Assembly: GCF_030028105.1 (NCBI RefSeq)
Contig: NC_092371.1
Span: 14,033,884-14,097,883, forward strand
Reading direction: 5' to 3'
Source of the DNA: Mobula birostris
Lineage: Eukaryota
DNA length: 64,000 nucleotides
In this document: positions 21,780 to 33,877 of the stretch, in pieces
Position numbering within the stretch: position 1 is the stretch's first letter
Layout of the letters: each line of letters starts with the position of its first letter
Translations under genes and position numbers: made by a program
Notes under the pieces: model-generated
Database searches by the model: none
What the model was told of the DNA's origin: nothing
Seen by the model: only the letters and a program-made list of their open reading frames with translations

Positions 21780-24589
21780 GTAGGAATAAATCATTTTTGG
21801 TTTGGTTTATTCAGAAGATATAGAACAGCACAGTACAGCACAGAAACATGCGCTCCCCACCATAACGTTTTACCGAGCTAATGGAATGAACACTGATAAA
21901 TCTACTAAACGAATTCATTCAGCCTGTACAAGTGTACATTCCTCATCCGTGTGAATGTTTAAGCTTATTTTAAGAAGCTTTAAAACGTTCCAAATGGGAC
22001 GGCGCAAATCTTTCGTTTGCACCTCGACAATCTGGGATAGCGACTGATAACAGTTATGGAGCACGCAACAAGCTTTTCGGCCCAGCTCGTCCATGCTGAC
22101 TGTGATGCATTATTGGGCTAGTCTGCTTTGCCTCCTTTTTCCCAATTTCCTTCTAAACCTTTCCTATCCATGTACCTATCCAAATGTTTTCTGAATGTTG
22201 TAACAGTAGCCGCCCCTACCACTTCTTCTGGCAAGTCGTTCTATATACAGTATCGACAGTCCTCTGTTGAATAAATGACCTTCAATTCCTCCTCAAATCT
22301 TTCCTCTTTCACTTTGACCCCGTGGTCTCGCTTTACTTTCCCGTACCTTGGGAAAAGTCATGCCATTCCACCTTATCACTCAGGATTTTATAGGCATCTG
22401 CAGAGTGGCCCCCAAACCTCCATCGCTTGAGGGAAAGCATTTCCAGTATTCTCGGTCTCTTCTTTTAACTTAAACCCGTCAGTCCCCAGTTATGTTCTGA
22501 TGAATCTCTTTCACTCCCTCCACTGAAGAAGCAGGTTATTTCTATGGCATGGCAATCAGAAATGAACCAATATTCCAGATGCGTCCCCTCACCATCTTGT
22601 TCTCCTTGGCCCGTCTGATAAAGGCAAGCATGTCTTCGTTCACCATCTGCAGGTATCTCTCTGATTCGGGCTGTCAAACTTTGATAACCTCTATAGATGG
22701 AAGCTGGACAATATTCTGATTGGTTCCATCATTGCGACGCATGAAAACACCAATGTCCTTGAACAGAAAAGCCTCGAAAAATTCGTGGGCACACCTCAGT
22801 ACATTACAGGTAACGCCCGCCCCACCACGAAACAGGGAGAGCGATGGCAGGAAAACAGCACCCATCATCAATGACCCTGGCCATACTTTCTTCTGGCTTT
22901 GGAATGAGGCATTGAAATCTCGGGTTCCACACCTCCAGGTTCATGCAGAACTCTTACCGCTCAACCATTAGGGTACTAAATCCATACTCTAAACTGATTC
23001 CCGCACCTAAGGACTCACCTTCAAGGACTCTACAACTCAATTTTTCAATACTATCTTCATACCTATTTACTGTTCTTTTTATATGGCACAATTGGTTCTC
23101 TTTTGCACATTGGTTGTTTTTCCGTCTATGATGTGTGCAGTTTTAGATTGATTCTATTGTGTTTGCATTACGTACTGTGAACACCCGGATGAAAATGAAC
23201 CTTTGGGCGGTATATAGTAACATGCCTGCCTTTGTAAATAAATTTAATTCGAACTGAGTTGACACATACATAGAATTATGGCTAATGCCCCCATGTCTAT
23301 TTTACAACACCAATCACCAACTTCAACCCCGGGCCTTGTTATATACTATGCAAATCCCGCCCTGGCTTTTTGTTTTCAGAACAAAGACATAAGTACGACG
23401 AATCATTGTGGACACAACTCACCCAGAGAACTGCCTTTTCAAAATGCTCCCTCTCGAAAGCGCTGTACGGTTACTAAAACAAAAACCTCACACGATCTTA
23501 AAAGTCCCTTCGCTCCAGGTTGTTAATCCAATCAACCGTTTAGTTAGCCCCGCCCCTCGATATATTACCGCCATCAGGCACTGCAGCCCTTTGAACAACT
23601 ATTTATAATGATGTTTATATCGTAAGCACATGCCGGTATTTAATTATTATAGCACCCTTTATTCAATATATTTCCTCTAATTTTATTTCCTTTTAATCCT
23701 TCTTCTGTGTAATTCTTGAATGTTGTCTCTTCTGTTGGATGTCGCGCTAACACACCACTGCAAATTCCGAATACATGTCAATGCAGATGGCGAATGAAAT
23801 TGAGGCATGATCCTTTCCAAAACTCCCATGTTTCACAGTTAAATTTCATCTGCCATTCCTTTGCCCACTTTCCCAGCTGATCTAGATCCTGTTGCAGCCC
23901 TAGACAGCCTTCTTCATTCTGTGACAAACTACCAATTTTAGCGTCATTCTTGCATTTACTAATCATGCCACCCACCTTCTCATCCAAATCATTTTGATGA
24001 CAAACAGCTTCACACCCCACTGGTCATAGGTCTTCTGACTCAATAACAGCCCAAACCACCAAACCACCAAACCAATTCCCTATCCAGTTGTTCATTTCAA
24101 TCTGGACCCTTCATGATTTCACCTTCGTGATCAACCTACCAAGTAACAATAATTAAATAATTTTTCATGAATTCAATGAAGAATACAATTGCTGAATTCA
24201 TTTACAGAGAACTTAAGGATTAATTTAACTGAAGAGTTTTCAATGCATTATAAAAAATATTCAGTCGGTGGAGCGAAACCATTTGCTTTGACAATAGTAA
24301 ATTAAAAGTAATAGAATATCATTAGATCCGGACTTCGACTGACATAATGGTGCTGCCACGTACTCGGATATTTCATTATTGCTACGTCAGGATATTTGCC
24401 CGGCTTAGATGGCACGACTAAGTAATCAGTAACAGAATCAGGTTCAATATCGAAGCAGACGTATGTCTTGGAATTAGTTGCTTTGCGGCAGCAGTAACAT
24501 ATCATACTTAAAAAAACTAAGAATTAAAATACAATATTTTAAAAAATCAAATTGAATAAGTAGTACAAAAACAGAGCGAAAATGGTGAC

Positions 24590-25990
24590 ACACATCAAAG
24601 TTGCTGGTGAACGCAGCAGGCCAGGCAGCATCTCTAGGAAGAGGTACAGTCGACGTTTCCGGCTGAGACCCTTCGTCAGGACTAACTGAAAGAAGAACGA
24701 GTAAGGGATTTGAAAGTGGGAGGGGGAGGGGGAGATCCAAAATGATAGGAGAAGACAGAAGGTGGAGGGATGAAGCCAAGAGCTGGACAGTTGATGGGCG
24801 AAAGGGATATGAGAGGATCATGGGACAGGAGGCCTAGGGATAAAGAAAAGGGGGAGGGGGGGGGAACCAGAGGATGGGCAAAGGGTATAGTGAGGGGGAC
24901 AGAGGGAGAAAAAGGAGAGAAAAAAAAGAATGTGCGTATATAAATAAATAACAGATGGGGTACGAGGGGGAGGTGGGGCATTAGCGGAAGTTTTAGAAGT
25001 CAATGTTCATGCCATCAGGTTGGAGGCTACCCAGACGGAATATAAGTTGTTGTTCCTCCAACCTGAGTGTGGCTTCATCTTTACAATAGAGGAGGCCATG
25101 GGTAGACATATCAGAATGGGAATGGGACGTGGAATTAAAATGTGTGGCCACTGGAAGATCCTGCTTTCTCTGGCGGACAGAGCGTACGTGTTTAACGAAA
25201 CGATCTCCCAGTCTGCGTCGGGTCTCGCCAATATACAGAAGGCCACATCAGGAGCACCGGACGCAGTATATCACCCCAGCCGACTCACTGGTGAAGTGTC
25301 GCCTCACCTGGAAGGACTGTCTGGGGCCCTGAATGGTGGTGAGGGAGCAAGTGTAAGGGCATGTGTAGCACTTGTTCCGCTTACAAGGATAAGTGCCAGG
25401 AGGAGATCGGCGGGGAGGGATGGGGGGGGGCGGGGTTGTGGTGGGGAACGAATGGACAAGGGAGTCGCGCAGGGAGCGATCCCTGCTGAAAGCACGGGAG
25501 GTGGGAGGGACGGAGGAACCCTATTCCTAGTGGGGTGGCGGGAGGATGGAGTGAGAGCAGATGTGCGTGAAATGGGGGCTATGCGTTTGATGGTGGAAGA
25601 AGAGAAGCCCCTTTCTTTAAAAAACGAGGACACCTCCTTCGTCCTGGAATGAAAATCCTCATCCTGAGAGCAGATGCGGCGGGGACGGCGGAATTGCGAG
25701 AAGGGGATGGAATTTTTGCAAGAGACAGGGTGAGAAGAGGAATAGTCCAGATAGCTGTGAGAGTCAGTATGCTTATAGTCGAAATCAGTAGATAAGCTGA
25801 CTGCAGAGATAGAGACAGAAAGCTCTAGAAAGGGGAGGGAGGTGTCGGAAATGGACCAGTAAACTTGAGGGCAGGGTGAAAGCTGGAGGCAAAGTTAATG
25901 AAGTCAACGAGCTCAACATGCGTGCAGGAAGCCGCCCCCATGCAGTCGTCGATGTAGCGAAGGAAAAGTGGGCGACAGATACCAGAATAG
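24590..25990 (-). mobile_element. Penelope-like element 3' fragment
   Basis: Same family as 10340-13794. RT C-terminal part, GIY-YIG region and terminal hammerhead motif at 24648-24683. Confidence 0.88.
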
Positions 25991-26719
25991 GTTTGGATCA
26001 ATAATGAGGAGATATTTTTGGAACAAAAGTAGTGAGGAGCGTCCATGGGTTGGTTCATTGTCTGTTCAGAAATCTGATGCGGTGGGGAAGAAATTGCTTC
26101 TAAAATGCTGAATGTGTCTTTTAGGCTGCTGTACCACCTACCTGATTATAGCAATGGATGCAAGGCATGTTCCGGATAATAGGGGTGATTGAAGACGGAT
26201 CTCAACTAAGGCATCAAATACAGAATTAAATATAGCGTTATATTTATTTCTGTATTTAATATGATGATGTCTACTGTTTGCTCCGTGTGTTTCGTGGAAA
26301 CAATAAATTCCATTGAACCGCAGTGCTTACAATGATAATCGAACCCAGCCTATAATTACGTTATTTTCCTTAAGTAAATACTTGCCCTATTTGCATACTA
26401 ATATTTTGTGCTGAAACACTGGGAGATCCACATCGCTGTCTGCTCAGAGATCTCCAGTGTCTGATCTTGCACCTCACAGTCTTCATTGTTACATTTTCTG
26501 CCTGAATGGTCAACTTCAAATTTACACGTGAGTTCGGCTGGTTCGATGAGTGAACAAGAACTGTGGATGAGAAGTGGGGTTAAATAGGCTGCAGGTGAGG
26601 AGTCTCGAAAGAGTGGCAGGTAAATCCAAATATCTGAGTGGAAACTGGGTGGTGCTTGTATGTGAACGCTGAAAGGTGTTAATGTCCACTGTTACATAAT
26701 ATCCTGTAAACCTGCTTTC

Positions 26720-27170
26720 CCTGCCCATGGTTTATGCTGCTTATTCAGGATTAGTCTTATGACATAAAGTTCCCTGAATGACGATATGGACTGACGTGTC
26801 TTTTCACTCATGATTGTTTAAGGCCGCATAGCTTCAATCGGCAAGGCCACTACAATTGACATACCCTCTTCTCATTGCTACCATCAAGGAGGAGTTACAG
26901 GAGTCTGAAGGCACGCACATCATTTCAGGAACAGACTCCTCCCCTCTACCATCAGATTTCTGAATGGACAATGAATCCATTACACTACCTCACAATTTTA
27001 CTACTGTTTTTGTACCAATTATTTTATTTAATTTTTATATCTGCTTCTTATTGTAATTTATAGTTTTTATTATTATGCATTGCAATTTTCTTCTGCCAGA
27101 AATCAACAGATTTCACGAAATACGTAAATGATATTAAACCTGATTCTGATTCTGAATCTCAAGACGGGGC
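26720..27170 (+). mobile_element. Rex1-like LINE 3' end
   Basis: LLPSRRSYRSLKART motif and attaaacctgattctgattctga tail. Confidence 0.65.
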
Positions 27171-27799
27171 CAATTCAGCACTTACGAGGTTGCTTGAGTC
27201 ACCTCCGATGTCCGGAGGTCAGGAGAGCCCACAACGAAGAGTGTGGAAAGGGGGCTGGGGTGGCCGATGGTAAGGGGAGAATGGGCGAGGGGACCGAGTG
27301 TGTTAGAAACCACCACTATTAATCTATTCACGGCATTGGTTTGGTCTCCAATTTTGGTGGGGACTTTCTCTGCTTGAGAAGGCACCGAGTCAAATACTTA
27401 CACAGTGAAACACATTCGGCAAGACGCACAAGAAACTCCGGTTTGATTGCCGTCAGTAGACGCACTGCTTTAGAGCTAAAAATATTTGCCACTCTTATGG
27501 TAAGTGTGGGAACCAGAAGATGGAGTTATAGGAAATTCATATTGGTTGAGCCGTTTTCTCCAGGTGGAACTAAGTTATATGATCGGCGTGAGGAGGCCAT
27601 TCGGACTGATCCATCTACCCACAGTTAATAAAAACAAGTTTAGCATCAGATTTTAACGAAACAATTTTTCGACATTCTTTGCAGTTTCCTCTAGAGAATT
27701 TTACATTTCTTCTAGCCTCTGATGCAACGATTTCCATAACGTCACTCCTGAAACCCTGGCCCTGCATCCTCCTGTTCGAGGCTCCCCGACTACTGCCAC

Positions 27800-28950
27800 T
27801 AACATCTTCAAAACTAATCATATCACTCTTTCCCCCACCTCCGCACCCCCACAGTCCTACTCCCTGACCTACTCCCCGACCTACTAAATACACCCAACAG
27901 CATGGCCATAGCTGCCCGTGGTAACAAATTCCGCAAATTCAGCGCCCCTCCAAAGAAATTCTCCGCATTCCTTTCAAATGGATCCTCCTTTACCCTGAGG
28001 CTGTGCCCTCTTGTCCCAGGCTCCCCCACCAAGGCAAACATCCTTTCCACATCTACCATGTCTCCGCCTTTCCACATTGAAAAACTTTTAATGGAATCCC
28101 CTCCACCCATCCTTCTAAATCCAGTGAGTACCTGTCCAGAGCCATCAAACGTTCCTCATATGGTAACCCTTTCATTCACCGAATCATCCTTGTGAGCCTC
28201 CTCAGAACCCTCTCCAATGCCAGCACATCTTTTCTTAGAGAAGGAGCCAAAAACTGTTCACGATACTCAGGATGAGGCCTCACCAGTGCCTTATAAGGCC
28301 TCAGCATTACATTCTTGCAGCTTTATTTCCAAACTGTTAAAGGGAACCGGAAGATTGTACTGAAACTTTAAACACAGTCTGAGGAATGCTTCTGGTAAAG
28401 CATCTCAGGCAGTCTTTGGTCAGATTATACTTGGTGATTTGTGAGCAGTTTCGGGCCCCTTATCTAGGAAGGAATGTGCTTGGAGAGGATACAGAGAAAG
28501 TTGACGAGAGTGATTCCGGGAATGAAATGGTGAATGTATGAGGACCGTTTGATGGCTGGAGTTTAGGAGAATGAAGTGGAGTGGGGGATCTCAGTGAAAC
28601 ATACTGAATAATGAAAGGTCCAGATAGACTGGACGTGGAGAGGATGTTTCCTATAGTGGGAAGGTCTAAGACCAAATACACAGCCTCAGAATAGAGGGAC
28701 ATTCCATTAGAATAGAGAAATTTCTTTATCGAGAGGGTGGTGAATCTATAGAATTCATTGCCACGGACGATTGTAGAGGCATATTTAAAGCGGAGTTTTA
28801 CTGGTTGTTGATTAGTAAGGACGTCAAAGGTTATAGGGAGAATGCAGAAGAATGGCGCTGGGAGAGGGATAATAAATTGGTCATAATGGAATAGCGGAGC
28901 AAGCTCGCTGGGCCGAATGGCCTAATTCAGTTCCTGTGTCATGTGGTCTT
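27800..28950. mobile_element. Two head-to-head CR1 3' fragments
   Basis: CR1 RT C-terminal and 3' UTR sequence on minus (about 27800-28330) and plus (about 28330-28950). Confidence 0.7.
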
Positions 28951-30354
28951 ATGGTTTTTGATTTAAAACCACGCTGTTTTCCCTCTCAGCCCAAAGACTT
29001 CTTGGTCAGATGCGGGCGTTTAACTTCTCCAAATGCCTCGGCTGTTGTCCAAACAGCGGTCTTTACCGCTCAAGATTCAAGAGTCAAGATTGTTTATTGT
29101 CATTCTTCAGCTATATCGAACAAAAATGATTGTTTTTCCGATCCGACGCAGCATAAAAACGCAATGGAAACACAAAGTACAATAAATATAGAGTCAATCC
29201 GATAAGACGCACTGCGCAGTAACTGAGCTGCAGCGTAAGTTGAAACCAGAGGCGGAACAACCCCGAAAATGACCGTTGATTACTGCAATACAGTTTTTTT
29301 CCTTATGTTACAATATATTTAATTTATACAAAGGAAAATTAAAAAATGATAACACAGAGGAAAGCTTTGAGAGGAGACTTACGCAAACTATGCAAAAAGA
29401 CTCAGTTCTTCACTTAAGGTTTCGAATATGCCAGAATCGCGACATCAATGTTAGTCCAACATTCTACTGACGTATCAAAGGAGCCCGCACAAGTCTTGTC
29501 AATTCAGCAGCGTCAGATGATTCGATCAGTGGGTTTTAGTGTGACCCCAGGTTCGGTCCATTTCTTCTTAATCCTTCAACCAGCTTCTCATCTGAGGGGA
29601 GAGGCTGATGCACCGAACTCGAGAGAGGCGTAAAGGATCGGCGCTTGGGACTGGAATGTATAGCAAACATTGGCGATCAAAGATATCGAACAGCATGATC
29701 TACCATTTTGCAACAGTCACGACTGTGCCAAACTTCCTCAGCGAGGTTTCCCCTTAAATAACTGCAGCAGATTAGTAAAGTATGGCTTTATATACCCAAT
29801 CCCAAACATCCAATTTGTGAATTTTACAACGGGTTGCAGTCACCATACGTACCTGAGCCGCAGTGTCGTGTACTTGGTGCGTCGCCAATTGACGATGGGT
29901 CCCTGTGCAATGAAAGAGCACGAATTGGAACAATTATTTGGTCTGGCCAACTTATAATTACTTACAGAAATGTCATATGTCAGCAATCCTAATATGACAG
30001 TAGTCCCCAATAATCCAGCTGTCGGGCTATGCGAAGTATTTCAAATTCACCAATGATTCTCAGCTGTGTCGTGACTTTCTTATTCATTTCCAAATATGAC
30101 AATAAACCCCAACAGGAGAATATTTCTCAGGTACACAGACCGCTCGTCATGGAATCCCACGTCCCAAGCAGGTACTACACTTTGCCCAAGGTTGACCTGC
30201 AAGCTAGCGGAGGGAAAGATGGCCTTACACGTCCTTTGGTCGAGACGTATCTCCACCCCTCCGCCCAAAGTGAAATTATAACATTTTCCCTGTACCATAT
30301 TAACGTATTCATTTGGTATAATATCTGATCTGAAACCGATTCGGAAACTTTACA

Positions 30355-31360
30355 AGGAAAAACAAGAACTTAAATGACAAATATGAGAAAACATCTTGTG
30401 CACTTGAACGTACTTAGATCAATACTAACTAGGACAAAGTAGGAAGAGGAATAACAGATATGAAAAATCTACACAACAGTTAGATAAAACTTTTAAGGAT
30501 ACTAAACTTCAATGAAAACACAATTCAGAAAAGTGAAGGAATTATCATCACAAAAGAAAAGAGTAACTAATGGAAGAGCATAACCCTCCATGGAAGACTT
30601 TCCATGATCCGAGCAGACCAGATGTCGACAAGGAAATGTCGAATGCCTGGCTCAGAGTTGAAGAACTCTTCATTGTAGCAAGACAGGAGTTAGTGGGTAA
30701 CATAAAACATCAAAAATATATCATAAAAGATCAACACATTGAAGACGAGAAATTCAGAAAATGCCCGGAAAACCGGAAACAATCCAACATATTACAGGAT
30801 ACTGCGGCAATTTAGCTCAATCTGATTACTTACCCAGGCACAACTCATAAAATCCAAACTCATAAAAGACACTATACCCTACTCTAAATATAAGCCTAAT
30901 TCAATTTTAGATTCAGTGTCCGACAAATTATATTATGACCGATGCATTATTGCTGATAGGGCGATCCATAATAGCTGCCTGGGTTTTATATTACAGGAAA
31001 GAAACAAGAAAGAACAACTTACTTAATAGATATAGCCATTTCAAACACACTTAACATAGAGAAATCACAAAATGAAAATCACCAGGTATGTGCGGAATTA
31101 AAAGACGAAATTGAAAGTGTATAGAACATGAACAGGGTATACGTTGTCCTAAAAGTGATATCTACTACTTGTATCTCCCGAAAGTGCCTACACGGTTGGA
31201 TTAAACTTTTAGGTCTGCACAGCAATATTTCTATAAACTTTCAGACAGCAACAATAATAAACACCTCTAGAATAGTGCAAAGTTTCCAGCAATTGAGGCT
31301 ATGCTTGGCTATGTCCATACCTTAGGTTGGCCCAGGAAAACAATTGAGCAAGAATAATAA
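30355..31360 (+). mobile_element. Decayed R4/Dong-like non-LTR retrotransposon 3' part (restriction-like endonuclease type)
   Basis: Fragments read GRGITDMKNLHN, DKEMSNAWLRV, a decayed CCHC knuckle (RKCPE..PETIQHITGYC), TYLIDIAISNT and AELKDEIE. Short (TAA)n tail at about 31352-31361. Confidence 0.7.
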
Positions 31361-31572
31361 TATGAGCAACATACACAGAGACACCACTGATGGCCGGATT
31401 GAGACCTCAGACCCCTATCCTCTGAGATTTCAAACCAACTTCCCGCCACCACTCCTCTCCGCCTCCTCCATTCTAAACCCATTAACAGCAATTATCACAC
31501 AGAGCCTTGAAACAGGGACCACAATAACTATTAATACTTATATGGATATTTCTGGGAAAAGCCAACCCTTAC

Positions 31573-31662
31573 CTGATCTCCGCTCTTTAGAGATCCGAAT
31601 AATAATTAGGATAGCCAGGAAGACAAGGGTCCCAAGGAGGATCGCAGTGGGAAGACACCAGC
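31573..31662 (-). CDS. Gene B transmembrane exon
   Basis: Acceptor ttgtctctctctag, donor TCAG|gtaagg, 90 nt, phase 1-1. Reads GWCLPTAILLGTLVFLAILIIIRISKERRS: uncharged TM with a juxtamembrane Cys. Confidence 0.85.
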
Positions 31663-32357
31663 CTAGAGAGAGACAATTGTTGTTTGGTGAAACCATGTTT
31701 TCCAAGAACATTTTATTTGAGCTTTCATTTGGTTGTAATAGGAATGATTTTACATCAGTGAATGCTCTTTTAATTATTTAATTAAAACTCTTTACTCCTA
31801 TAATTTTAGAAAGTTTTTGGCTTCTGTTACATGTCGTACTCTGACCAACAGACTACAGCAAATTCCCAATAGGTGTAAATGTATACGGTGAAAGGTTTGA
31901 CCTTTGATCCTGAAGCTATAATGTACAATCAGAAACCCATGGCAACGTTAACCAAAGAATGACTCAAAGAATAGAATAACGCATGAGGCCATACGGCTCC
32001 TCAGACCGTTTCTCCGCTTTGTCTCGCAGCCAATCCAATCATTTCCCCAGTTGCCGTGTCTAATTCCCGGAAGCCTTTCCCAACCATACTGTGAGATCGT
32101 CACGGATATCAAAGAGTTAAGAAGGAGGTTCACCCCCAGCTGTTCAAAGGCCAGCCAATGGTGGAGATAAGCAGATTCTTATAAACGGATAAATACAAAT
32201 TAATGTTGACTGTGACGTTATTGAACCTGTGAGTTATTCCAGCAGACCTAAGACCGCAAGACATAGGAGCAAAATTAGGCCGTTCGGCCCATCACGTCTG
32301 CTCCGCCATTCCACCACAGATGAGTATCAATACTTTATATACAAAACATCGCCTCAC

Positions 32358-32678
32358 CTTGATCTGGTTCAATGGTGATATGGGACACGCTGTTGATTAT
32401 GGTCTTTCCCGCACCCCCGAGTTGTGCGATACAGGTGCAGGCTCCGGCGCTCATCCAGGTTTCCACTGGGACCGGCACCTGACTTCTAACACTATAGCTC
32501 TGGTCTGGGTCAAGCCTGCCGGTATCGCTCCATCCTTCCATGGTCTGTCCCGATATGTTCCAGTAAATGACAATATGGATGGAAGAAAGGCCGCCGACCA
32601 GACACACCAGGTGAACCGAACCGTTTTTCTCAGACGGCGGGACAAATACCTGCATGTAGGTCCGATTGGTGGAGCTGT
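32358..32678 (-). CDS. Gene B Ig C1-set domain exon
   Basis: Acceptor tctctgtccag, donor CAAG|gtgagg, 321 nt, phase 1-1. Reads DSSTNRTYMQVFVPP...HLVCLVGG...IYWNISG...DQSYSVRSQVPVPVETWMSAGACTC...EPDQ. Confidence 0.92.
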
Positions 32679-32761
32679 CTGGACAGAGATTGGGACATCG
32701 TTAACTGCAGCTTTACATGAAGTACATGGCGGAGTATTATCCCACTGTCGAGTTCTCTTAC

Positions 32762-33079
32762 CTCCAACCAGGAGTGTGGGTCCCTTCGCAAGCAGCGAAT
32801 CCCTTCTAGAACAGTAGTAGGAACCCGAATCCTCCACACGGACGTCCCGGAGTACCAGCACTGATGTGCGATCGCCAGAGCCTTTTTTGTGAGTGGTCCT
32901 ACAGCCGGTCTTTCGGCAGTCCGTGGATTTGATCGCTAGCGGGGGTTCGTCCGCACACTGTTTGTACCAGAGCACATTGCTTTCGACCTCCACTCTGTAC
33001 GTGAGTTCGCAGGAGAGTTCAACCGTCTGACCGATATCTGCAATCACCACAGACGCACTCTCAGAAAACGGATTGAGTT
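32762..33079 (-). CDS. Gene B V-set exon with fused J-like G strand (non-rearranging, PRARP/VJ-C1-like)
   Basis: Acceptor ttccagttgcag (an in-frame alternative lies 6 nt upstream at 33085), donor GGAG|gtaaga, 318 nt, phase 1-1. Motifs GQTVELSC, VLWYKQ, DSGSYYC and AKGPTLLV. An 83-nt intron separates it from C1 and no RSS is visible. Confidence 0.92.
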
Positions 33080-33694
33080 CTGCAACTGGAATTATTATTA
33101 GTTAATTAAAATTATCTACTACGGAATCAAACGAAGTCGGATTTGTCTTATTTGCTAAGGTATCTCAACAACACCTAACGTTCGACCAGAAGGAAAATAC
33201 ACGTTAACTAGGTCAAATTTTTATGAGTTTTCCTTTATTCATTTACACGATGTGTAGCCGGCAAAATTAGTTTGTTCATGATTCCGCAGGTGACTTTAAA
33301 TTGAGATGTTTGGTGACCATATCAGGCAGGGCCGCCAAACATTCCGCATTGGGTTTCGCGTCACATACGGGCACAGAGAATCAGTGCGCCAGATACGAAT
33401 CACCAATAGTAAAGAGCGAGACTTAAGGAGAAAATTATTTAGAATTTATCTAGGTTGTTTTAGAATCAGCATTAATGAGATTCTAGCTTTGTAACCCAGA
33501 TTCATATGATTCACTAAAATTTATTTCCCCACTCTCGTGGGATGTTAGATGCACAGAGGGTAACTTAATCCCGATGAATGATCCAGTTTTATAACCGAAC
33601 AACATTTCCACTGGGATAACAAACATGCAAGTGCCCGTTTCTCCCAAAATTTCGGGCAATCTTGTTTGGAAGTTCTCAAGGCCGACTCACTCAC

Positions 33695-33749
33695 CGCAAA
33701 CACGAAACATCTGAACGGCAACGAACAGGGCCAAAGCTTCTATTAACAT
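33695..33749 (-). CDS. Gene B leader exon
   Basis: ATG at 33749 reads MLIEALALFVAVQMFRVC, 55 nt, phase 1, consensus donor GCG|gtgagt. Confidence 0.8.
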
Positions 33750-33867
33750 CTGGACTCGGGCCGGTATTCAGCGGCGCTGTGATCGACTCCCAGGAGTGGG
33801 ATTGTTTTCAGCCGCGGCTCTGTGCAGCCTCTAAGCTGCCGTGGACACTGCATGGTGCCGAAGTTCC

Positions 33868-33877
33868 GAGGCGGGGC
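33868..33877. promoter_or_regulatory. GC box (Sp1-like) upstream of gene B
   Basis: GAGGCGGGGC about 120 bp 5' of the leader ATG, in non-repetitive GC-rich sequence. Confidence 0.3.

Noticed and set aside
26480-26527. 48-nt open phase 0-0 exon-like segment with a gtgagt donor
   Set aside because: No recognisable peptide (SSLLHFLPEWSTSNLH) and no link to a gene model.
27401-27436. CACAGTG followed by ACAAGAAAC, resembling an RSS
   Set aside because: The spacer is 20 nt (not 12 or 23), the nonamer is imperfect, and no V, D or J segment is adjacent.
27474-27630. KIFATLM|gtaagt plus a nearby acceptor
   Set aside because: The implied intron is only about 64 nt, the motif has Phe rather than Tyr, and the phases do not fit.
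31321-31372. Minus-strand MLLILLFLLNCFPGPT resembling a leader
   Set aside because: It ends in a stop and is the antisense of the R4-like element's 3' UTR and (TAA)n tail.
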